From IMG/VR virus record IMGVR_UViG_3300035491_000281: a DNA stretch of 64,000 nucleotides; one strand, given 5' to 3'. The position numbers and the translations under genes are program-made. The stretch comes from a virus (Duplodnaviria > Caudoviricetes). Below the pieces are notes generated by a model, which had not been told where the DNA came from, searched no databases, and saw only the letters and a program-made list of their open reading frames with translations. Position 1 is the stretch's first letter; the number at the start of each line of letters is the position of its first letter. Positions 54,917 through 64,000 of this stretch are shown here, piece by piece.

Positions 54917-56956
54917 TTACCCCAAAACCCAACCAGACCCAGTACGGACCGCGGCGCGCGTCAAATCAAAGGAAACTGTAGTGGCGCCGTTACCGGTACC
55001 TACTGCAGCACTGTAGTTGGCGCGGAACAGTACGATGGTTCCAATTGGGTATGCGTTGATGTTCGAGTAGGTCACGTTGATGTGATTCAACGCGCTGGCC
55101 TCCGAGCCAAGGTTACCTAGCAGGTAAACGCTACCCTGATCGGCCGGACTGTACTGCTGAAACAGCGAGCTTAAGCTGACCCAGGTGCCGTCACCGCGCA
55201 ATACGGTGGCACCATTGGCCGCACCGATCCCTAGCCGTGCTGGTTCGAAAACCCCGGTTTCGAACGCTTGGGCGGAAAGATTCGCTCGTACGTCGTTGTA
55301 AACCTGGCTATACGTCTTAGCATCCCCTGGCCGCTGCAATACTTCCCAGGTGGCCTGAGGTTGCGACTGGCAGAGGTAACCGAACCGTTGCGGGCCTTTG
55401 AAGATCGCCAATTCCGGGTGGGAGTTCAGATCGACGACGGTTTTGGCACTGGTAAGATAGCCACTTTCGCCCAACTGCGATGTTTCGATGGTGATGATGT
55501 CACGCGCCCGTGTGACCTTAAGTTTACAGCCGGCCGGGAAAGTGCCCCAACCCACTCCGGTGTTGGACACTCCCCGCGGTCCGGTGGCTACTGTACCGTC
55601 GGGCCACTTCAAACCACCGTAGACATTCTGCACCCAGGTTGGGTTGACTTGAAAGTCTTTGGCGATGATCATAGGGGCGCTGCCCATACCGACTCGCAGC
55701 ACCGAAAGGTCATGCCAACGCCCTTTGGCGTCCTGTACGTGGGCGATACTCAAACCAATGTAGTCGTCGTCCATGCTGGTCGAGCGCAGCACGGTTTCCA
55801 GGGTGTACTCGTCAAACTTCTCAGGCGAGATAAAACCCACCAGCGACACCGAGTTGATAGTCGAGCTGATGCGGTTGTTAACCTCGTCGAACGTCCACGA
55901 ATTCATCTCCTCCGGCATAGCCTCATCACTATACGGATCGCCGGTGAGGTTATAGGTAGTGCTGGCAGTGCGGCTTACCCGTTTCCAGGATTCGAACACC
56001 CGCTTGAAGGTCTCCATGAAGGAAATCAGGTGGGTAGTATCGGCGGCGGTACCATCGCGGGGAAGCTTCTTCGCAACCTCGGCATCGAACTCTACCTTAC
56101 CGAACACGCCCACCTGTCCGTAGGTCGCGCCATGTGGGTTGTCTTTTCGGGACACGTGTGCAGTGAGGGGTTTGAGCGCGAGTTCATCAATGGCTTGGTG
56201 AGTGCGTTGAGGTACCATAAAGGCCTCATGCAGGATACCACCTCGCGCCTGGGCTTCGCTCGCCGCCGGGAAGTTTTCCACCAGCTCCAGTCCGACTTGA
56301 CGCTTGGTGACATCATGCGGGTCCTGGTCGTCGTTGACGTGACGCTCTAGCCGGTCGTCGTTCTCGGCAAGATATCCCGCCTGCAGTTCACGGGCGTTAC
56401 TGCGGTAGACATTGACCGCTTCCTGATTACCGGCAATCTTGGAGTTGACCAGCGCTTCCAGCTCATTGTTAAAGCTTTGGAAGCCATCCCGCTCCCAAAG
56501 CTCCGCCTTCAGCTCGCCCGGCAAGTACTGACGCTGCACGCCAGTGATACCGCCCCAGGTAATCGGCGCGCCAACGTTGGTGCTGATCCACTCGATAACG
56601 TCTTCCTGTGCCGTCAACGAGAAAGCATAATCACCACCGACAATCTGTGCGGTGACATAGACCATACCGTCCAATTCCGGATTAAGGAATACTAGGGCAC
56701 CGCAGATTTCCAACCCCGTACGGAACGTAGCATCCTCGTAGGTGTAGGTTGCAACATAATCGATATTGGGCTTGAGACGGTTGTACTCTTTGTCGTACAC
56801 CATCAAGTCGCGGGTATAGAACCCGCCGTGATCCAGGACCACTACCCGTTGGCTGATGCCGGAGTGGTTGACCAGAAAATGGGGTTCACCCATGGTCAGG
56901 TTTGTCGGGTTACGCCCCGTGAGATCCACGGGGTAATGTATCAACAGCGAATCCAT
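54917..56956 (-). CDS. Tail fibre protein with an inserted lectin-like domain, 679 aa
   Basis: Same architecture plus an insert of about 230 aa containing STSMDDDYIG. Confidence 0.75.
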   Translation of the reverse strand: MDSLLIHYPVDLTGRNPTNLTMGEPHFLVNHSGISQRVVVLDHGGFYTRDLMVYDKEYNRLKPNIDYVATYTYEDATFRTGLEICGALVFLNPELDGMVYVTAQIVGGDYAFSLTAQEDVIEWISTNVGAPITWGGITGVQRQYLPGELKAELWERDGFQSFNNELEALVNSKIAGNQEAVNVYRSNARELQAGYLAENDDRLERHVNDDQDPHDVTKRQVGLELVENFPAASEAQARGGILHEAFMVPQRTHQAIDELALKPLTAHVSRKDNPHGATYGQVGVFGKVEFDAEVAKKLPRDGTAADTTHLISFMETFKRVFESWKRVSRTASTTYNLTGDPYSDEAMPEEMNSWTFDEVNNRISSTINSVSLVGFISPEKFDEYTLETVLRSTSMDDDYIGLSIAHVQDAKGRWHDLSVLRVGMGSAPMIIAKDFQVNPTWVQNVYGGLKWPDGTVATGPRGVSNTGVGWGTFPAGCKLKVTRARDIITIETSQLGESGYLTSAKTVVDLNSHPELAIFKGPQRFGYLCQSQPQATWEVLQRPGDAKTYSQVYNDVRANLSAQAFETGVFEPARLGIGAANGATVLRGDGTWVSLSSLFQQYSPADQGSVYLLGNLGSEASALNHINVTYSNINAYPIGTIVLFRANYSAAVGTGNGATTVSFDLTRAAVRTGSGWVLG

Positions 56957-56978
56957 CGGGTAGTCTCCAGTTTAAAAA

Positions 56979-57296
56979 TCAACCCAAACGCTCTGTCGCG
57001 GATTCAAACGCGTCGGCCAGTTGCTCGAACACCTGGGCATCGATTGCTTCGGCCGTGCGGCGTGGAGTCATCAGACTATTGTTGTCGGTACCTACCACCG
57101 CCTTGGGTTTCGTCGCCGCCGGGTAGTTGGGCACGCGTCCCAGGCCAACATGGGCTTTGGTGGTACGGTGGGGGTTCTGAGTGTTTCCGATATGGTTATT
57201 CAGAACATTCATTACCGAAGTAATCTTCCCGTGTACCGTCGCGTAGTACCCACGCATGACAGTAACTAGACTAGCTAAAAGGGCTACCAGATTCAT
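56979..57296 (-). CDS. Mini fibre-repeat protein, 105 aa
   Basis: Single NPHRTTKAHVGLGRVPNYP repeat closely matching that of the 57434 protein. Confidence 0.7.
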   Translation of the reverse strand: MNLVALLASLVTVMRGYYATVHGKITSVMNVLNNHIGNTQNPHRTTKAHVGLGRVPNYPAATKPKAVVGTDNNSLMTPRRTAEAIDAQVFEQLADAFESATERLG

Positions 57297-57395
57297 AAAA
57301 ACCTCAGCTCAGAAAGTGATGAAGAGACACTGGTGTTGAGCCTGTGTATCCGTGTTGCGGGTGCCGGGAGTTCTACATGAAACTCCATCTGGAAT

Positions 57396-57423
57396 AAGAA
57401 AGCCCGTTTTACGGGGCTTTCTT
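57396..57423. terminator. Hairpin terminator
   Basis: AAGAAAGCCCG-loop-CGGGGCTTTCTT. Confidence 0.65.
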
Positions 57424-57433
57424 TAAGGGTCGA

Positions 57434-59491
57434 TTAGAACGACGGCGGTAGATGACTGTTGTCATCCGTCGCACCCCAGTAGAATGTTTCACCCGCGGTG
57501 TTAACCGTGACCGAGTAGTTGAAGCCGGCATCCGCCAAAACAAACGGGCCGAATTCAGGGTCGATCGCCCACAGTGGGTTGTTGTCACCGAGGGTGGTGA
57601 CGGTCTGGTCTTCGCCAAGTAGGACCAGGTGGCGATAACGCCCGCTGACCGCAGTGAAGAGACCCTCGATTGCCGGCAACGCCGTTACTGTAGTGGCACT
57701 TCCCGGATTGTTGATTGCCCATGCACTGACCAGTCCGGTATCATGCAGAACGACCATGTGAGATTCACCCACAGCAGCTTCAACCGCATCCACGATCCCT
57801 GCCAACACCGCATTGGCTGCCGTTACGAAAGCGGCATGACCGCGAGCTTGCACCGTGCCGTCGAGCATCACCACCAGGGTGTGTTCCACGTTGAGCGCGT
57901 CGCTGGTGGTGTTGGTGTAAACACCGTCCACACCCGATCCCACCACGATGGTACCGCCGGCGGCATCGAAACGCAGCAGCGAATCGTCAGTCAAGACCAC
58001 GTACACCGCTTCGCGCCGCGCCGCCAGTTGCCATGGCGAAGACGTCGGTGCCTCAATGGCCCCCACGCGATAGCTGGCCGGCGGCTGGATCGCCGCACTA
58101 CCAAAGACCTCGATGAAGCCCTCTTCCGTAACACGGTAAGCCGCATCCTTGGTAAAGGCGATTTGCTCATCAGCCGTAATAGTGTCAGTAAACAGTGCCG
58201 GTTGCGGAACCTCCAGTGCTTGGCCGTTAGACAGATGTAGTGCGTAACGGTCATAACCGGTAGTGATCGCCGCCACCTGCACCCGTGCCGGTAGTGCTGC
58301 TGGGTTGACGTTGATCGTCAGGGCCCCGGCGTTGGCATCGGTGTACTCGGTGGTCAGGGTGTCGAGAATGTCTTCCACGTCCTCGAAGCTGGGCAGGGTT
58401 TGCCGCCATTCGGCATCGGTCATCCCGGCAAAACGCGGAGTATCTTGCGCGCTAACGGTAGCCAGTTTCTGGTCAATGGTGGCCTTGTCGTAGGTCCCGA
58501 CTTGTTCCGCCGTAGTACGGTGCGGGTTGTTCAAATCCAGCTGGTGGTTGTCCAACTCTTGTTCGAGCTGATCGATCCGTCCCGAATCGCTGTTCTGTTG
58601 CAGCAGTGCCGCTGCGCTATACGGTGTCAGATAGCGGTCATTACGGGTGGTATCCACCGCTTCTTCCGGGGTTGCCGGGGGGTAGTTCGCAACGTTCCCC
58701 AGACCCACCTGGAGTTTGGTGGTTTGGTGGGGATTGTTCTTGTCCGCAATGTGCGCATTCAGCGGAGTCAGCGCTTGCTTGGTGATTGCCTGCGCGGTGG
58801 TACGCGGGGTCATCAGGCTGGCGTTGTCCAACCCGTCTTCAGCCTTGAGCTGCGTGGCCGGTGGGTAGTTCGGGACATTACCTAGACCCACATGGGTCTT
58901 AGTGGTGCGATGTGGGTTGTTGTAGTCGTTCAAGTGGTCGACGTTCGCTCCTGAGCTGGCCTCCACCACTGCGTCGGCGATGTCGGTCAGAGCCACCAGC
59001 AGCTCATCACTACCGACCAGGTCATCCAGCTGCTGATCGTGCGGTACCGGTGGGAAGGTGGCCGGCAAAACATCGATCTGTGCCCAGGAGCGGGTAATCG
59101 GGTTGTAGTGTTTGTTCGACAGCTCGGCAAGAATCGCCTGCTCGGAGAAGCCCCACTGCCCACCCAGGGTGCGGTAACGCATCCGCACGATCCCACTGAT
59201 ATCGCGCTTGATGAAGCGAATGCTGCCGGCAATCGGCCGACCAATGGCATCCATCGCTTCCACGAAGTAGTGCCCAAACAGGAAATCCACCCCCTCGATA
59301 TACGGGGTGTTGGTGTTGTCGTTGACGAGCTCAAAGCCCTCGACAAAGAACGGCGCTGCTTGCGGGATGATGAAATAAAAGTCATCCCGACCCGGAACCT
59401 GCAGCGTTTGACGTTCGTTGGGAATCAGGTTGTTGGGATTACTCCCGTAGGGGTCAAACTCATACAGACCCGTGGTCGCTTGCGTAGTCAT
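57434..59491 (-). CDS. Tail fibre protein with a C-terminal RCC1-like beta-propeller, about 685 aa
   Basis: AAGGAG RBS; three NPH repeats; blades such as AAVGESHMVVLHDTGLVSAW and AGFNYSVTVNTAGETFYWG. Confidence 0.7.
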   Translation of the reverse strand: MTTQATTGLYEFDPYGSNPNNLIPNERQTLQVPGRDDFYFIIPQAAPFFVEGFELVNDNTNTPYIEGVDFLFGHYFVEAMDAIGRPIAGSIRFIKRDISGIVRMRYRTLGGQWGFSEQAILAELSNKHYNPITRSWAQIDVLPATFPPVPHDQQLDDLVGSDELLVALTDIADAVVEASSGANVDHLNDYNNPHRTTKTHVGLGNVPNYPPATQLKAEDGLDNASLMTPRTTAQAITKQALTPLNAHIADKNNPHQTTKLQVGLGNVANYPPATPEEAVDTTRNDRYLTPYSAAALLQQNSDSGRIDQLEQELDNHQLDLNNPHRTTAEQVGTYDKATIDQKLATVSAQDTPRFAGMTDAEWRQTLPSFEDVEDILDTLTTEYTDANAGALTINVNPAALPARVQVAAITTGYDRYALHLSNGQALEVPQPALFTDTITADEQIAFTKDAAYRVTEEGFIEVFGSAAIQPPASYRVGAIEAPTSSPWQLAARREAVYVVLTDDSLLRFDAAGGTIVVGSGVDGVYTNTTSDALNVEHTLVVMLDGTVQARGHAAFVTAANAVLAGIVDAVEAAVGESHMVVLHDTGLVSAWAINNPGSATTVTALPAIEGLFTAVSGRYRHLVLLGEDQTVTTLGDNNPLWAIDPEFGPFVLADAGFNYSVTVNTAGETFYWGATDDNSHLPPSF

Positions 59492-59590
59492 GTCCACTCC
59501 TTACCGTAATCAGGCGCTTTGGCTGATTAATGTTCTGAGAATCATAAGATTGTTTCTTTTCTATAGACCCCACGCCTTAGGAGCCTGCGC

Positions 59591-60835
59591 ATGTACACAC
59601 TCACTGGCGCTCGATATCGCAAAGATCGGCGGGACGGTCGCTGGGAAGTGGCCGACTTGTCGACTGTTCCGGTCACCACCCTGACCACCACCCATGGCGA
59701 TGTCTGGCTGTTTATTACCTACCCCTCGGTCTCCGAACCTAAAGCATTGCGCTTTGATCTGGTGGCAAATTGGGTCAGTAGTCTGGATGCCGGCAAGACG
59801 GTGAGCGAGTGGTTGACCGGCCTGGGGAACCGTACCTTACCGTTCGCTGAAATCAACCCACAGTTTCGACCCCATTACGTCCGTTATGCCCAAGCCTGGC
59901 ATGCCGGTTACAACATTGAACCGATCGGACGGATTGGCACCCCTGACAAGGGCGGTAGCAAATTCGACAAAGAAGACCTAGTGGTGACCCGCGAGGATCT
60001 AACCCCACGGCAAATAGCTGACTATGCCCTGTTCTCTGTCAACGGGTTGTTTCATCGTACCGAATGGCGGGAAGATGGGGTGCGCATCCGTGGCGGTAAC
60101 CTCAGCTTGCGTAAGGCCAACGACAATCAGATCGGCCTGCATTCATTCCGAGATGTCGGCAAACTGCAGTACGTCTCGATCACCGAAACAATGCTGAGTC
60201 GTCAGCGTCCCGACGCGCCACTGCGCAAAGCCGTCTACGTCACCCTACCGGAAACAGTTGACCTCAATAACAAAACGGCACTGCTGGTATTGGGGGGTTA
60301 TCTCCAGGCTCTCGGCAAAGGCTACACCCGAGTGGGGGAACGTACCTACCGCATCGAGTTGGGTAACCTGATGCTGATGGAACGCTACTTCGATTCCCGC
60401 ACCAGTCTGGATTTGTCGTCACTGGGTCTCAGCCAAAACCCAGCGAATCCCTCTGCGGTCAGTCGAGCGGAGTTGGAAAGCGACGCAGTACTGATCCGTT
60501 ACCTCACGCTGGAGCAGAGTTTTTTCGTCGTGGTGGACAGCCCCAGCATGTTCCAAGAGCTGATCCCCCTCGAAGGTACCGGCTTACCCGGGCGCTACTA
60601 CGCGCACGAAGCGCACAACTTCCCGGTCATGGGCGCCTACGGGCGGATGTTGGAATACCACACCATCGAAGAGGACGGCCTCTGGGTGGTGTGCGCCATG
60701 GACAACCTGCGACACAAGTACGACTTCCATACGCGGAAGTGGCGCACCAAAGCGGTCAATGATGCCGGGCGGTATCCGGCGTTTCCATTTGTTCACGCAC
60801 ACGCTTTCAGTCGCCTGCTAGGGGTTGAGAAATGA
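59591..60835 (+). CDS. Virion structural protein (phiKZ gp164 position), 414 aa
   Basis: AGGAG RBS; LFSVNGLFHRT motif; near the SbcC-like gene as in phiKZ. Confidence 0.65.
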   Translation: MYTLTGARYRKDRRDGRWEVADLSTVPVTTLTTTHGDVWLFITYPSVSEPKALRFDLVANWVSSLDAGKTVSEWLTGLGNRTLPFAEINPQFRPHYVRYAQAWHAGYNIEPIGRIGTPDKGGSKFDKEDLVVTREDLTPRQIADYALFSVNGLFHRTEWREDGVRIRGGNLSLRKANDNQIGLHSFRDVGKLQYVSITETMLSRQRPDAPLRKAVYVTLPETVDLNNKTALLVLGGYLQALGKGYTRVGERTYRIELGNLMLMERYFDSRTSLDLSSLGLSQNPANPSAVSRAELESDAVLIRYLTLEQSFFVVVDSPSMFQELIPLEGTGLPGRYYAHEAHNFPVMGAYGRMLEYHTIEEDGLWVVCAMDNLRHKYDFHTRKWRTKAVNDAGRYPAFPFVHAHAFSRLLGVEK

Positions 60836-61590
60836 AGACACTGTTTAAACGTGGGAACTCCCAACAGAACAACACCCAAGCCTTGGGTGTGGGGGAGATC
60901 TCGATCGATATTGAAAAGAAGGCTATCCGGATTCACGACGGGGTGACGCCCGGCGGTTTTGAGATTCTGGGCACGCAGGCAGTAATCCCACCTGAGACCG
61001 GTCCAGGGGAGAAATTTGTACTGGCTGGGGATGACGCTCTAGGTTGGTACGGCACTGTTGCCGCCACTGATTTTATCAATGGGCCGGATCTGGCTTTGGC
61101 AGTGGGGCTGTCGGCGGGTAATAGCCTGTACCCGGATAGTGACTGGATGAAGTTCGCTCATCAGGATCGGATTTTGTTCATTCCCAAGCAGTGCCTGCGC
61201 CACGCCTTAAGCTGGGATCAACTTAATGCGTTGGGACTGGTGTATGGTGAGACCACGGTAGTCATTAAGGGGTTGACTTACAAAGTACGATTGATTCAGG
61301 GTGCGGCAAACGACCCCGCGCTGAGCGCCACGGACGCCGGTCGGGAGTGGAACGACCTGATCTACCGGGTCTCTGACGGCGATCCCACCCAGACCTTCTG
61401 GGCCCGGTACACTAACGCGGAGCTCAACGTCGCCGGCGGGAACGGCACCTATACGTGGTGTCAGGAGAAGTACAGTAGTTCGGACCGGGTGTACCGTGGT
61501 CTGAATGGTGTCACCAGCATGAACACGGTAAGTACAACCTACACGGGTGTGGCCATTGGTTGGCGCCCGGTGTTGGAGTTGGTACTGTAA
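60832..61590 (+). CDS. Mtd-like paralog, class A, orphan copy, 252 aa
   Basis: KRGNS...RIHDGVTPGGF; WMKF..ILFIP; WCQE..RVYRG..WRPVLELVL; ATGA overlap with the upstream gene. Confidence 0.7.
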   Translation: MKTLFKRGNSQQNNTQALGVGEISIDIEKKAIRIHDGVTPGGFEILGTQAVIPPETGPGEKFVLAGDDALGWYGTVAATDFINGPDLALAVGLSAGNSLYPDSDWMKFAHQDRILFIPKQCLRHALSWDQLNALGLVYGETTVVIKGLTYKVRLIQGAANDPALSATDAGREWNDLIYRVSDGDPTQTFWARYTNAELNVAGGNGTYTWCQEKYSSSDRVYRGLNGVTSMNTVSTTYTGVAIGWRPVLELVL

Positions 61591-61591
61591 C

Positions 61592-61635
61592 ACGGCATAA
61601 AGCCCTCCCCCGATTGGGGGAGGGCCTATGTCCGT
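61592..61635. terminator. ACGGCATA palindrome at a convergent junction
   Basis: ACGGCATAAAGCCCTCCCCC-GATT-GGGGGAGGGCCTATG. Confidence 0.75.
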
Positions 61636-61641
61636 CACTAC

Positions 61642-62235
61642 TTAGAAGCGACCACTGTGGCCGAAGCCACCGTCACCGCGTGCCGTGGTTTGACCGAACT
61701 CCTCGACGAAGTTCAGACCGATGTGGTAGCGGTGCACCACGAAGTACTGCGCCACCCGCTCGCCCGGCTCGATGGTGATTTCGATGCCGGTCTCCTCTTC
61801 ATGACGATTCCACAGGGTCAGTAGCAGCTCACCCTGGTAGTCGCTGTCGATCACACCGATCAGGTTCCCCAGCACCACACCCTTGGTACCCAAGCCGCTG
61901 CGCGGGGCGATCAGACCCACCAGCTCGTAGTTCCGGATGTGGATTGCCAAGCCGGTGTGTACCAGCTGCTGTTGACCCGGTTTCAACGTCAGCGCTTCTT
62001 TACCGACGTAGCGCAGGTCCAGCCCGGCGCTGCCTGAGGTCGCACTACCACCAGTGGCGTAGGCCCCTTTGATGGCGGTGATCAGATTCTCGTCCAGGCC
62101 TTCGAAGCTGGATTCGACGTACTTGGCTTCCATTGGGATGTAACGATGGAACTCAGCATCGGCTACAGTACCGATAATGGTGTTGGCGACGGTGAGCAGC
62201 TCATCGCTGATAGCGGGTTGGTTTTGGGTAGACAT
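61642..62235 (-). CDS. dut: Trimeric dUTPase with an N-terminal extension, 197 aa (start MSTQNQ)
   Basis: All five motifs: GSAGLDL, PRSGLG, GVIDSDYQGE, GERVAQ, RGDGGFGHSG. Confidence 0.95.
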   Translation of the reverse strand: MSTQNQPAISDELLTVANTIIGTVADAEFHRYIPMEAKYVESSFEGLDENLITAIKGAYATGGSATSGSAGLDLRYVGKEALTLKPGQQQLVHTGLAIHIRNYELVGLIAPRSGLGTKGVVLGNLIGVIDSDYQGELLLTLWNRHEEETGIEITIEPGERVAQYFVVHRYHIGLNFVEEFGQTTARGDGGFGHSGRF

Positions 62236-62284
62236 GGAGCATGTTCCGTATTGGTTAAGGTTGGAGGGGATTACCGCAATGGGG

Positions 62285-62983
62285 TCAGGCCTCAACGACT
62301 GGCAGTGGCGTCTGGCCGTTTTTCGCGCAGTAGGCTTCGAATACCGAACGCGGGGTATCGGTGGGTCCCACCATGAAACTGGCACCCAGCGCACCGCCTT
62401 TCCAGCTGCTTTTCTCCCAGCCTGACTCAGTGGAGAACTTCAGCTCGGCGCTGCGGGTGACATCATCCCGACTGAGTTTCGACAACCATGCCCACTTACC
62501 CCGGCCGCGCCGCCAGAGGTACGCGGTAATGGTCACTTCGGCAGTGATGAGTTCACCATCGACGTCCTGGAGCTGAAAGACATGGGTCGTCTGACCGTCA
62601 AACTCCACCAGGCGGGTGTTGACCATCCGCCACTCTGCCCAGGGATACGACCACAGGGTAGTGGCGCTGGTCCGGCTGTCGAAGGTCTGCGGGCCGTAGA
62701 AGCACTGCAGGTCAGTAGGCCCTACCGCCACACCAACGATACGCTCTTGTCCCGCTTTGGTTGGGCGAAGCAGGCCAGGTAGTTCCAGGATCAGGGTTTT
62801 ACCAAAGCCAGAAAAGCGCAGGTTACAGCCCGGGGCGTGCGCGTGCCCGGAGCTCAACGCCAAGCGGAAGGGGTAGTGCGTATCGCAATGCTCCGCTACC
62901 GTCAGTGGGCCGAAGTGACGATCCTTGTCGCTCCAGCGGCGCTTGGGGCGCCGCAGGAAGGCTGGTTTCAATGTAGCAAGCAT
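62285..62983 (-). CDS. Hypothetical protein, 232 aa
   Basis: AAGGAG RBS; fills the interval. Confidence 0.65.
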   Translation of the reverse strand: MLATLKPAFLRRPKRRWSDKDRHFGPLTVAEHCDTHYPFRLALSSGHAHAPGCNLRFSGFGKTLILELPGLLRPTKAGQERIVGVAVGPTDLQCFYGPQTFDSRTSATTLWSYPWAEWRMVNTRLVEFDGQTTHVFQLQDVDGELITAEVTITAYLWRRGRGKWAWLSKLSRDDVTRSAELKFSTESGWEKSSWKGGALGASFMVGPTDTPRSVFEAYCAKNGQTPLPVVEA

Positions 62984-63005
62984 AGACTACTCCTTGTGGT
63001 CTGGA

Positions 63006-64000
63006 TTATGCGATTTTAACGTGTTGGTTGTAGCTTTGTGGAACCGTGATATTGGACGGGTCAAGCACGCAGATCTCTGCCTGGTTAAACGCCCCGTGGG
63101 TGGCATCAAAGTGACTGATGTAAAAGAGCTGGTTGACCTGCCCCATTTCCAGTAACCGATTGATGAACGGAATCAAGTTCAGACGGTGCTGCTCGTCGAA
63201 CGTGCTGCCGAACTCATCAAGGTACAACGGATGGTCGTCCAGTCCCAGGAACTTACGGGCCAACAACTTAAACGCGAAGTTGACAATATCCCGCTGAGAG
63301 GCCGAACCCCGACTGATGTCCGGTGCCACCACCGCGCCGTCGTTGACCTTCAATGGGAACTTGTAATCCAGCTCCTCTTTCTCAACCTGCGAGGGAAGGA
63401 CTTCCATCGGGTAGGTCCAGACTTCTCCAATCACCGCGTTGAGCAGTTTAACTACCACCTGCATGAACCCCATCAGGTAGCGCCCGATCAACCCACCGGT
63501 GGGCGCTAACGCTTTCACCAGCAGGCCCAAGTCCTGATGGGTCTGCAGGGCTTCGTCGTGCTGCTTTTGGATATCGCGCAGCAGCCCTTCTTGCAGTTCC
63601 GCCCGGGACAGGTTTTCCTGGGTCTGGGCAATGCGGTGATGGGTCTGTCGGGTCTCCTCGGCTACCGCGGTCTGAAACAGGAACTGACGCTGATGTTCGA
63701 CCTTCTCCAGAAACGCCGACAGCTGTTCGTGCACCTGCACCAGTTGACGCTTGAAACCATCACCACGTTGCAACCAACGCTCCAAGGCTTCAATGCGTTG
63801 ACTCAGGGTTCGAATCTCATCGGTGGTTTGGCTGATCTCAGTTTCCAGCTGCTTACGCCGTTGATCGGTCTGGGTCAGGGCGTCCCGGTCAATGGCTTCG
63901 ACGTAACGCAGGCGGTGCTGTAGGATTTCCCGCTCTTGCCGGGTCAAGTCCAATTGCAACTTGAGCTCCATGCCGTTGCGCCACTGCGTCGCCGCGGTGA
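63006..64000 (-). CDS. sbcC: SbcC/SMC-like ABC-ATPase, C-terminal part (5' end outside the window)
   Basis: Coiled coil, degenerate signature SRGSASQR, Walker B LYLDEFGSTFD, H-loop ISH; frame stays open to the window edge. Confidence 0.8.
   Translation of the reverse strand, partial: TAATQWRNGMELKLQLDLTRQEREILQHRLRYVEAIDRDALTQTDQRRKQLETEISQTTDEIRTLSQRIEALERWLQRGDGFKRQLVQVHEQLSAFLEKVEHQRQFLFQTAVAEETRQTHHRIAQTQENLSRAELQEGLLRDIQKQHDEALQTHQDLGLLVKALAPTGGLIGRYLMGFMQVVVKLLNAVIGEVWTYPMEVLPSQVEKEELDYKFPLKVNDGAVVAPDISRGSASQRDIVNFAFKLLARKFLGLDDHPLYLDEFGSTFDEQHRLNLIPFINRLLEMGQVNQLFYISHFDATHGAFNQAEICVLDPSNITVPQSYNQHVKIA

Noticed and set aside
57297-57395. Structured ncRNA in long leaders (also 40616-40729)
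   Set aside because: Only short hairpins and weak CA-rich similarity; insufficient support
13594-61635. Near-identical palindromes as CRISPR or REP repeats
   Set aside because: Dispersed singly at gene boundaries, with no regular spacers and no cas or RAYT transposase gene
1-64000. tRNA or rRNA genes
   Set aside because: No cloverleaf with TTCGA T-loop and matching acceptor stem was found in the short intergenic spaces; TTCG occurrences are terminator loops

Overview
This 64 kb window comes from a GC-rich phiKZ-like jumbo phage (Chimalliviridae-type gene order); family assignments are from motif recognition, not database searches. From left to right it contains: internal head/virion proteins with S/A/G-x-E prohead-protease sites; an early accessory island (about 7.9-14.9 kb) with conserved phage early promoters, many micro membrane proteins, an HslV/proteasome-beta-like Ntn hydrolase, a DarG-like macrodomain, an L7/L12-CTD-like protein and an HNH nuclease; the core block of DnaB helicase, major capsid protein, non-virion RNAP beta fragment and portal; and a large minus-strand tail/fibre/lysis region. 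That region holds Mtd-like paralogs, a collagen/SAYE-repeat protein, a modular endolysin, an overlapping spanin pair plus a holin candidate, RuvC, two 2OG-Fe(II) oxygenase-fold genes and five NPH-repeat fibres. The window ends with dUTPase and a partial SbcC/SMC-like ATPase. The most notable signals are: (1) eight paralogs with a DGR-target-like C-terminus, arranged as a duplicated A-B-B cassette plus two orphans, with no reverse transcriptase in the window; (2) an intact plus degenerate 2OG-Fe(II) oxygenase pair inside the fibre operon; (3) an early Thr1/Lys33 proteasome-like enzyme; (4) a family of ACGGCATA-led palindromes. No tRNA, rRNA or CRISPR array was seen.
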